A stretch of 64,000 nucleotides of DNA from a virus, in IMG/VR virus record IMGVR_UViG_3300030419_007131, positions 32,001 to 96,000 of that record; one strand, 5' to 3'. How positions within the stretch are numbered: position 1 is the stretch's first letter; each line of letters begins with the position of its first letter. Under the pieces are notes generated by a model, which was not told the origin of the DNA, did not search any database, and was given only the letters and a program-made list of their open reading frames with translations. The position numbers were made by a program, and so were the translations under genes. Positions 1-7,704 of the stretch are shown in pieces.

Positions 1-2325
1 CAAAGCCGCAACAGAGGGGGGCAGCCACACGAAGGATCCGTTCAGGGTATCTCGTGCACGCACCCATGGGTAGAAGGCGCAACCATACGAGGAGTTAAGG
101 CCTCGGGAGCGCATTCCATTAACAGCTGCGCGAATGGTGGAAGCCCTGTTATTGCGTGCCTCGGCGAGGCCTTCGGCGCGAGGGGTGAAACCGCCCTCAA
201 GGTCGATAATAGCCAAAGCATCGGCCCTCTCTTCGCACATGCGAATAAGATTGGTCGTAAGACCGGCTTGCTTGAGGCCAGGAATCGTAGCCAAGTTCAT
301 TTCAGCCACCTCAGGGTCGGCGACCGAATCGATGGATCGACGAATGCTATTGAAAACATAGCTATTCTGGTCTGTTGCAGCTGAGCCCAAGTAACGAGCA
401 CTGCTGTTGAAGGGATCCATCTCGTCAATTTCAGTTCCATCAAAGCCGCCGTACAGAGGCACAGTGAACCGATCGTAACCGGCATCGAGAACACCACTCA
501 CCGCTCCACTAACTGCTGTAAGCGACGTTCCGGCGCGAGTTCCGCCGGAGCCGGCGTGTGATCCACTCACCCAGGCGCCAACCATGGAGCCTGAAATATC
601 GTCAAGAGTAAACTCAACAGATGTTTCAGTCTTAAGCGTATTGCTGGCTCCGCCGAACATACTTCCAACGATGCCGCCGCGAGGACGGAGCATATCAATG
701 GTAGAACTATCGAACACCGTGCTGCCAGCACCCTTGCTGGTCTGCAGTCCGAAGAATGCGTCAGTCTTATTGCTAAGATTGCCAGCGGAAGCGCTTGCGC
801 GTAGCTCCGGAGCCGGGTAAAGAACCAAGAACTCGTTAGCAGCCTGATTATTGGTAGAAGCCGAGATGACAAAAATCGACCCACTAGTAGCAAGGGGACT
901 GCCGGGGACTGCCATGCGCGTAGCATTACTGAGGGAACCGGAAATCCAGTTGCCCTGCCCGGTAGTGCCAAGCGTCTCTTCATCATCCCACTTGGTCATT
1001 CCACGGAAGCCAAAGGGCAGAAGAGCAGGGTTGGTAAGGCCCGCATTAACGTCCGAGTTCATCTCGACGCGAATGTAGGCAGAATTATTTGGCCAATCGC
1101 CTTCTTGAATATAGCGGCGCTCGGTCTCTTCCCACACGCGGCGCTGGTCGCCGACCTTGCGTGCAACATAGTTGGCCGAGTTGGGGTTAAGATCGCAGTT
1201 AGAAAACATTTCAACCACGCGAACCACATTATCGGAGTCGCTAAGGTGACGAACCACAAGAGTAAAAGTACCATAATCGCTGGAATCGGCAGAAGACCGC
1301 TGAATATCTTGGATAGATACCTTAAGGTTTCGGTTAGTCCAGTCGCCGGGCTCTTCGAGGGCTACAACCTTGAACAGATTTTGTGGAGCGTCTGCAGGGC
1401 CCAAGCGGCAGCTGATAATTTGAGGACTCTCCGCACCCTGAAGAGGGTCGGTGAAGTCACTCGCAGCAAGTGCGCTGGTACCGCCGGCCAACTTAACCAG
1501 GGCTCCATAAGTTGTACTAGACGTAATGTTCGACTTTAGATGACGATCAAAGGTCTCGCCGAGCCAGTAGTTAAGGGGGGTGGACGTCAAGCCAGAGTTA
1601 GTCAACTGAGGATTGGTGTTGAGAGACTTACGAATGTATCGTGAATCATTTTCATTAAAGTTAACAACCACAGTTGAATCCGAAGTGCCCTGATAATTGC
1701 TAAGATTAATCTTGAACTGATACTGGATGCCCGCATTGGAGCCCACCACGTAGTCAACACCCTGGACGGAGCTCGACGCGACGGTGCCTCCGCCCGTGCT
1801 GCCCGTGGTATCCACGTAAATGGCTCCGGACAACTGAGGCTCAAAGGAGCTATCGCCATATATAATAGCCGCGAGGGCGCCGGTAAGCTGTGTTCCGGTA
1901 ACGCCGGCAGGGCCACCGCCCTCAAACACGACCAGGCCCCATGCACTGGTGGAAGACCAGCCAGCAGGACCCTCTGTTCCGGTTGGACCACCGTCAGCAG
2001 TAGTCTCCGCGCCCAGGAGGCGAATATAAGTCAAAGGAGAACTGTTCTTAAGATAAGCTTGTGCGGCATACATGCCATAAGTGGGTGCCGACAAATCATT
2101 GCCAGTACGCCAGACATCATCGCCATCGCCACCAGCGGCAGGGGCGCCAAAGACGTTAACAAATTCTTCAAAAGAGTTAACAGTTATGGGCCGTAATGCT
2201 GGCCCTTTAGCGGCGCGGCCGATGACGACGGGGCCGATGCCCGCAGGGGAAGCGGGAAGTTGGGAGTTATCAATCTCATTGACAAAAACTCCGGGTGAGA
2301 CGAATCGATACTTTTTAGCTGACAT
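1..2325 (-). CDS. Tail sheath protein (T4 gp18-like), 3' end runs off the window
   Basis: Missing from the ORF track because there is no stop in the window. Manual translation from ATG 2325 gives MSAKKYRFVSPGVFVNEIDNS...GPVVIGRAAKGP, the typical sheath N-terminus. The frame is open in the segments checked and ends ...DTLNGSFVWLPPSVAAL, matching the sheath YYPW...PPS region. AGGAG SD upstream. Confidence 0.93.
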   Translation of the reverse strand, partial: MSAKKYRFVSPGVFVNEIDNSQLPASPAGIGPVVIGRAAKGPALRPITVNSFEEFVNVFGAPAAGGDGDDVWRTGNDLSAPTYGMYAAQAYLKNSSPLTYIRLLGAETTADGGPTGTEGPAGWSSTSAWGLVVFEGGGPAGVTGTQLTGALAAIIYGDSSFEPQLSGAIYVDTTGSTGGGTVASSSVQGVDYVVGSNAGIQYQFKINLSNYQGTSDSTVVVNFNENDSRYIRKSLNTNPQLTNSGLTSTPLNYWLGETFDRHLKSNITSSTTYGALVKLAGGTSALAASDFTDPLQGAESPQIISCRLGPADAPQNLFKVVALEEPGDWTNRNLKVSIQDIQRSSADSSDYGTFTLVVRHLSDSDNVVRVVEMFSNCDLNPNSANYVARKVGDQRRVWEETERRYIQEGDWPNNSAYIRVEMNSDVNAGLTNPALLPFGFRGMTKWDDEETLGTTGQGNWISGSLSNATRMAVPGSPLATSGSIFVISASTNNQAANEFLVLYPAPELRASASAGNLSNKTDAFFGLQTSKGAGSTVFDSSTIDMLRPRGGIVGSMFGGASNTLKTETSVEFTLDDISGSMVGAWVSGSHAGSGGTRAGTSLTAVSGAVSGVLDAGYDRFTVPLYGGFDGTEIDEMDPFNSSARYLGSAATDQNSYVFNSIRRSIDSVADPEVAEMNLATIPGLKQAGLTTNLIRMCEERADALAIIDLEGGFTPRAEGLAEARNNRASTIRAAVNGMRSRGLNSSYGCAFYPWVRARDTLNGSFVWLPPSVAAL

Positions 2326-2361
2326 TTGTTATGTTCTCCTACACATTTGAAATGTTCAAAG

Positions 2362-2368
2362 TAAATAG
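2362..2368 (-). promoter_or_regulatory. Putative late promoter motif CTATTTA upstream of the sheath gene
   Basis: Plus-strand taaatag in the intergenic gap; the same motif recurs upstream of many structural genes. Confidence 0.6.
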
Positions 2369-2389
2369 TGTTAAGTAGTCGCAATGGTA

Positions 2390-3331
2390 TTATTCTCTAT
2401 AAAAACCATCCTTAATGGTACGGGGGATATCTCCAAGTACCGCCCTTTCTCTTCCAAACTTAAACTCGACGGCATTTTCGCGTCGGACAATTTTAGGTTT
2501 TTCTTGATTTTCCCCTTCTCCGATTAAATAACCCATCACTTCGATATTGATAGTGGTTTCGTAATTGCGCTGTTCCATTCCCAGCGCGGCTTTGTTGGAC
2601 CCATTGCTAAAAGATCCGTCTATAAAAACCTCAAAGGCATGACCTTCGTTAGTAATTCTACGTGGCATGCGGGAATTACCAGGCACTGTTATAAACGGCC
2701 CAATAAGTTGATTAATCTGCTGTTGATACTCGGTTCTCAATGTTATCTCATATACTACTTTTATCCAGACTGGTAGCGGCATCGTGATTGTTTCATAAAC
2801 TGTCTTGGTTGTCATCTGCCGTTTATTAACATTAAGTTCTTTAGAAGAAACCGTGGCGGGGCTCCCAAATTTTCTATTTACTTTTGCATTTTGAAACTCA
2901 GCAGTCTTTTTCTGGTTAATCTGGCGGGCTACCGTGATGGTGCCCCCTTTGGCATCGTTAACCGGGTAAATATTGGCGTAGACTGTGCCCCGAAAGTTGG
3001 GTTCTTTCGTTACACTAGCACGGTTGACCGTAATCAACGGCAAGATCAACATTTCTTCTGAATCTCTAAGATCTTTGTTGTGCTTAAGCTGGTATGCTCT
3101 TTCTGCAGAGACCCATAAAACTGGAACCTTTTTAAATCCCTTGTTTGTTCCCAAAGAAAGGTTGAGATCTTCATCGATAAACTTCAGCATGGCGCCATCG
3201 ATCGTTTCTAGCGTCGAAGGCATAAATTCTATTTCGCCTAGCTTACTTTCAACTTCCTTATCGCCAACAGCATCATACTTCTGCGCTGCGGTATCTTGAA
3301 TCTGGTCTTGGGTCCGGCGGCTTCTAGACAT
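2390..3331 (-). CDS. Tail terminator / sheath stabiliser (T4 gp15-like)
   Basis: KVPVLW..AER, LPLITVNR and PVWIKVVYEITLRTEYQQQINQLI resemble gp15 motifs; lies between the neck and sheath genes. Confidence 0.7.
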   Translation of the reverse strand: MSRSRRTQDQIQDTAAQKYDAVGDKEVESKLGEIEFMPSTLETIDGAMLKFIDEDLNLSLGTNKGFKKVPVLWVSAERAYQLKHNKDLRDSEEMLILPLITVNRASVTKEPNFRGTVYANIYPVNDAKGGTITVARQINQKKTAEFQNAKVNRKFGSPATVSSKELNVNKRQMTTKTVYETITMPLPVWIKVVYEITLRTEYQQQINQLIGPFITVPGNSRMPRRITNEGHAFEVFIDGSFSNGSNKAALGMEQRNYETTINIEVMGYLIGEGENQEKPKIVRRENAVEFKFGRERAVLGDIPRTIKDGFYRE

Positions 3332-3335
3332 TTAT

Positions 3336-4604
3336 CTACCCCACAAAAATGCCAGCAGGTATATTCGACAAAACCTTCTCTGCTGAATCTTGCATAGAGG
3401 AGTCGATGACCGCCAACTTGTCGTAAGTAGTCTCTTCGAGAATAGTTTTCAGTTCCTCTCTCAAGGCTGTCATTTCGGAAGCAGCTTGGCCCAAAAGCTC
3501 AGCAGCATTTAGATTAACACTTTCGCCCGGAATAGGAACTGTCGCAAACTTACCACGGATCTGGCCCAGCATCTCTTTGCTCAAAGCCAAAGCGAAGCGG
3601 CGGATCCATTGTTTGCCAATAGAGTTGATGTTGGGATAGGGTATATTCTGGAATGGCAGCGTATTAAGGTTGTTAATTCCCTCCACGCCTGCTTTGCCAC
3701 GACCAGTTTCGTCCCATGGCTGATTTTCTCGATCAATAGTAAACTGCACCCAGATCTTAGCTGGGCTCGTGCTATCGGGCTGCGGGAAAAGACGTAACCA
3801 ATTGTCTTTAATCTCGTAGGAATAATGAGAAATGCGAGTCCACAACGCATCTTCATACGCCATGGCTTGAAGTTTGTTTTGCCACGTAGGAACGATTTCA
3901 AAAGTGGAATCATCTGCATACTGACCATAAGTACGCATGTTGCCTACTACTGAAAACCCTCCATAATAACCATAGAACCGCCACATAGCGCGGGGTGTCT
4001 TAAAAAACACCTTTCTGATTATCACACGCTTGTCCTGTATCTTGCCATAATACGGAACTGTCGTATCATTGGCAGATGATTGAGAAAGGAGCGTTTGCAA
4101 ATCGTAATCCTGTACAGAAGCTGTGCGTTGTATAGAAGCTGAATAAATGGGGGTCAATCCGCCTAGGCCCGTGTCGGTGGCGATGGCCTCCGAAACACGA
4201 CGAACATATCCATAATCAAAACGCGGATAACGTAATTCGATGGTAGAGCCCGACAGCGCGTCGCCTGAAACAATTTGGCCGTCTTGGTCAAAAGAGGCGG
4301 TTGCAGCGCCGAGATAACTTGATAATGAGTTCTTGCTTTGATGCAGATTCACGATATAGGAATATTCTAAGACCGCTTCTTCATATGCCGAATAAACATT
4401 ACCCTCGGTTAGCTCGATATCTAATACATCTCCACCCAGCTTTTTATATGTATAAGCCACCTGATCGGCGGCACCAGACAAGAAAGCTGCTGAGCCTGCA
4501 TAGATGCCAAAGGGTAGCGTCACGGCCACATTGGTGGTGCTTCCCGTAATAGGAAGAATGTTCGTGGTGGTGGTGGACGCAGGATTTAATTTTGGAATGG
4601 CCAT
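3336..4604 (-). CDS. Neck / head-tail adaptor protein (T4 gp13-like)
   Basis: C-terminal WIRRFALALSKEMLGQIRGKF..IPG..VNLNAAELL.QA..E...L.EEL is the gp13 signature; N-terminal KKLGGDVLDIELT. Confidence 0.8.
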   Translation of the reverse strand: MAIPKLNPASTTTTNILPITGSTTNVAVTLPFGIYAGSAAFLSGAADQVAYTYKKLGGDVLDIELTEGNVYSAYEEAVLEYSYIVNLHQSKNSLSSYLGAATASFDQDGQIVSGDALSGSTIELRYPRFDYGYVRRVSEAIATDTGLGGLTPIYSASIQRTASVQDYDLQTLLSQSSANDTTVPYYGKIQDKRVIIRKVFFKTPRAMWRFYGYYGGFSVVGNMRTYGQYADDSTFEIVPTWQNKLQAMAYEDALWTRISHYSYEIKDNWLRLFPQPDSTSPAKIWVQFTIDRENQPWDETGRGKAGVEGINNLNTLPFQNIPYPNINSIGKQWIRRFALALSKEMLGQIRGKFATVPIPGESVNLNAAELLGQAASEMTALREELKTILEETTYDKLAVIDSSMQDSAEKVLSNIPAGIFVG

Positions 4605-4631
4605 TTAATATTCCTCGGAGTGGTTCTTTAC

Positions 4632-4638
4632 TAAATAG
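4632..4638 (-). promoter_or_regulatory. Putative late promoter motif CTATTTA
   Basis: Directly follows the capsid-gene terminator; 27 nt upstream of the gp13 ATG. Confidence 0.6.
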
Positions 4639-4668
4639 AAAGCCCCGCCTCAAAAGAGACGGGGCTTT
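4639..4668 (-). terminator. Rho-independent terminator after the major capsid gene
   Basis: Minus strand AAAGCCCCGTCTC-TTTT-GAGGCGGGGCTTT followed by the T-rich CTATTT. Confidence 0.8.
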
Positions 4669-4696
4669 AACTATTTTGACCTTACGTCAGGTATGA

Positions 4697-6478
4697 CTAA
4701 ACTAGGCTCTTAATAACAACCAGTCCATACATATCAGGACGCACCATCTTCTTGGCATATCGGGTCATGACGCCCTTACGAGGTACGAAGTCCTCGACGC
4801 CGAAGATAGTAGGCGTGGTCTGCAGCGGCACATAAGGTGCGTACACATAGCCACTCTCAAGGAAGCTACTTCCACGTCGGCCAACAAGGACCAAGTTACG
4901 CGGGAAGTAAGGATCGACGATAACGTCGAACTTCTTCGAAAGCGAACCAACCTTAACAGCACCCGCGTCGCCGCGGTCGCTATCAGCAGTCACATTGGCA
5001 CGGAAGCCAGCGGTGAACTCAAGGATGTTGGCAACTTCAGGTCCGCAGACGACGAAGTTAGCAGCACCACGGAGAGTCTTCCGATGGATCTGTGCGGAGA
5101 CGTCATTGATAGTCTCAATGAGGGTCTCATACCACTCACTCACGTTACCGGTGAAGTCCGGAGGCGCAGTTCCAGTACCAATCACAACACCCGTCTCACG
5201 ATTCAAGAAATCGCCAGGGGAGCGCGACCAGTAGCGGACGCCTGCGGTAGCACCCACAACGAGATCCTCAAGGATCTCTTGATCAATTTCAAGAGCAACC
5301 TGCTCAGACAGAATCTGAGTAAGCTCGACTTCAGCGTCAAGGTTGTGGTAGGCGTTAAGATCTTGTCCTAACTCCGGGGTCCACTTGGCCTTGAGCTTCT
5401 TGGTGATCGCCGTGACGGCCACCGAGTCGACCTTGATGTCGATCTCAGGAATGTAGGCATTGCCTTCCAGTCCCCACTGCTGTGCGGGAAGAACAGCACC
5501 GATAGACGGTGACGTTCCACCAAAGTTATCAACGATCGGGAACGAAGCCGTGAGGCCTGAAGCCCACTCGGCATCAAGCTGAGCAACTGTAACAGTTCCA
5601 GTATCACCACCAACCAACACGAGCAGAACACGAGCAGAATCGGTCGGATCTTCGCGCTGGAGACGACGTGCCTGAATACCATTGGTAGGCTCGACACCGG
5701 CTGCGGTGCGCACCTTAATGGCAACAGCATCCTCTTGGTTCCATGCGCCGCCCGCGCTGTCGGCGAGGTCGGTCTTAAGAACGGAAACCACACTAAAGCT
5801 AGAACCAGATGCAAGATCCGGGTCAAACTCAAGCAGTCCGCGAAGCTGATAAGCAGCAGCGGTCTGGTTGCCGGGAGGCACGGAGAAGTCGCAAAGACCA
5901 CCCACGCCGATAGAACCCGAAGCAATTTGCTCTAAGGCAGCCGGGGAAGGACCAACACCGGCAGAACCCGTCGGAGACGAGTAACCGTTGTTGAGTGCAT
6001 ACGGACCACGCTCAGCGTTCTGCCCCGTGAGGAGAACACCGCCGGTGATCTGGCTACCAACTCGTCCACCACCATAGAGGGAGGAGCCACGAGGATAACC
6101 CAAGCGGAACGTATCCGCGGTCTGGCCATCAGCGATCTCGTTAGAGACAGTGAAGTCCAGGAAGAAGATGAGGCCCGAGGGCAAACTCATCGGCTGAACG
6201 CTAACGAGATCGTTGGCGATCAAAGAGCCGAATACACGGCGAACGAGGGGGAATGCGACAGCCGCAAAGCCCTCCACATCACCAGCAGCCATGCTACTGG
6301 ACTCACGGAGAAGCTCACGTGCCTGGTTCTCAAGCAGTCGGGCCATTCCATTCCGAAGATCATCGCTTCCAAGTCCTTCGAGAAGTCCGGTCTGTTCCCA
6401 CTTTCCAATGAGAGCAGTACCTTCCTTGCCGAGGTCACGGTTAACAATACCTTCAGTTAATTTCTGAACGATAGACAT
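4697..6478 (-). CDS. Major capsid protein (T4 gp23-like) with a large central insertion
   Basis: PLVRRVF..LIANDLVSVQPMSLPSGLIFFL, KLKAKWTPELGQDLNAYH.LDAEVELT, YAPYVPL and GVMTRY are gp23 motifs; strong AGGAGG SD. Confidence 0.96.
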   Translation of the reverse strand: MSIVQKLTEGIVNRDLGKEGTALIGKWEQTGLLEGLGSDDLRNGMARLLENQARELLRESSSMAAGDVEGFAAVAFPLVRRVFGSLIANDLVSVQPMSLPSGLIFFLDFTVSNEIADGQTADTFRLGYPRGSSLYGGGRVGSQITGGVLLTGQNAERGPYALNNGYSSPTGSAGVGPSPAALEQIASGSIGVGGLCDFSVPPGNQTAAAYQLRGLLEFDPDLASGSSFSVVSVLKTDLADSAGGAWNQEDAVAIKVRTAAGVEPTNGIQARRLQREDPTDSARVLLVLVGGDTGTVTVAQLDAEWASGLTASFPIVDNFGGTSPSIGAVLPAQQWGLEGNAYIPEIDIKVDSVAVTAITKKLKAKWTPELGQDLNAYHNLDAEVELTQILSEQVALEIDQEILEDLVVGATAGVRYWSRSPGDFLNRETGVVIGTGTAPPDFTGNVSEWYETLIETINDVSAQIHRKTLRGAANFVVCGPEVANILEFTAGFRANVTADSDRGDAGAVKVGSLSKKFDVIVDPYFPRNLVLVGRRGSSFLESGYVYAPYVPLQTTPTIFGVEDFVPRKGVMTRYAKKMVRPDMYGLVVIKSLV

Positions 6479-6511
6479 TTTAAAACCTCCTATAATTGTT
6501 GAATGTCATTT

Positions 6512-7606
6512 TTATTTATTCAAACCTGCTAAGCGCAGCATTCGATCCATATTTGGATCTTTCGTTGCCTTTTTGTTTTTCTTAGAATTGATCAAAAGCG
6601 ACGTAGGCCTCTGAACCGCTTCACGAAGTGTTTGTGGTCGTGTTCTCTGATCAGGAGTGGACCCCACTGCGTTTTGAATTGTTTCAAAGATCATGTTTGC
6701 TTCTTCAACAGAATTGGCAGATTGAACAGCTTCGACAATTTTATCTTTTTGTCGCTCATTCAAGGAGGCGCTGTTTAGTGCCTTGTTTTGATAAACAAGC
6801 TTGGCGTTGGCCAAGTTCAACTTCGTGAGTTGATTCTTGGCTTCCGTTAAAAGAGCACGGAGCTCTTTGTTGGATTCTGTAAGATTCGAGATTTTGCTCT
6901 CGAACAGTTCCGCATCCGATACAACATCAGGTGCGGTTGATACTTTTTCGATTTCCTCTTCTTCTTCAAGGTGGGCGGCTTGGGCCGCGGCCATGGCATC
7001 ATTGTTGGCCTGCTCTATGCTGCTGTCAGCAGAGTTAACAGATGACCACCCTTGGGGTCGAGGAACCATGTCGACTACTAATTCTTCAATAAGATCAGAA
7101 AGCATCTCTTCACTAAGAGTTATCTCTTCGTCATCAGACTCAGTCTGCACGTGCTCGTCGGGCTCCGCTTCGGCTTCGGCTTCGCCGGCACTGTCCTTCA
7201 TCATCTCGTCTTCTGTGTCGACAAGTTCATTCCCTTCTTCTAAAGCAATCTCGTCGGCTAGGGCGGTAGCATCAGTAAGATCATCGCCCTCAACAACTTC
7301 CTCTTCTTCATCAAGGCGCGTCTTCAAAGAATCAAAGTCAATCTCAATAATTTCGTCGACGGCTGGAGCATCGATCTCCTCGTTCTGAAATGCATAAGGA
7401 ACTTCGTCCACAAACTCCATAAGCTCGTCGTGGTCTGTCTCTTCGGTTTCCGAGAGATCCTCCCCTAAGTCCTGCTCCAGTAACGTATCTATAGCACTCT
7501 TCACTTCAGTCGAATACTTCTCTAACACTGCATTTTCGGCGTTTTTAAGGGCAGCTTCCTTCAGCGCTTTAGCATCTACAATAGCTTCTTCTAATAGGGA
7601 CGACAT
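6512..7606 (-). CDS. Prohead core / scaffold protein (gp22-like)
   Basis: Very acidic, coiled-coil, many L/I-x-E sites, C-terminal RMLRLAGL, directly upstream of the capsid gene. Confidence 0.75.
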   Translation of the reverse strand: MSSLLEEAIVDAKALKEAALKNAENAVLEKYSTEVKSAIDTLLEQDLGEDLSETEETDHDELMEFVDEVPYAFQNEEIDAPAVDEIIEIDFDSLKTRLDEEEEVVEGDDLTDATALADEIALEEGNELVDTEDEMMKDSAGEAEAEAEPDEHVQTESDDEEITLSEEMLSDLIEELVVDMVPRPQGWSSVNSADSSIEQANNDAMAAAQAAHLEEEEEIEKVSTAPDVVSDAELFESKISNLTESNKELRALLTEAKNQLTKLNLANAKLVYQNKALNSASLNERQKDKIVEAVQSANSVEEANMIFETIQNAVGSTPDQRTRPQTLREAVQRPTSLLINSKKNKKATKDPNMDRMLRLAGLNK

Positions 7607-7639
7607 AAAAATTACTCCAGTTCTGACATGTAATCAAAA

Positions 7640-7646
7640 TAAATAG
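7640..7646 (-). promoter_or_regulatory. Putative late promoter motif CTATTTA for the scaffold-capsid unit
   Basis: Intergenic taaatag 33 nt upstream of the scaffold ATG. Confidence 0.6.
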
Positions 7647-7704
7647 TGTCTAAGATGGGGAAATGACTCTCAGAACTCATTTTGGTTAACCCGAACTTAC
7701 CTCA

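Noticed and set aside
134-2384. Many short ORFs on both strands listed in the ORF track
   Set aside because: They are shadows of the tail sheath gene (1..2325, minus), which the track omits because its stop lies outside the window.
6837-7388. Long plus-strand ORFs antisense to scaffold, fibre and other genes (for example 6837..7388, 11903..12556)
   Set aside because: Ser-rich antisense shadows of biased coding strands, with no SD or recognisable motifs.
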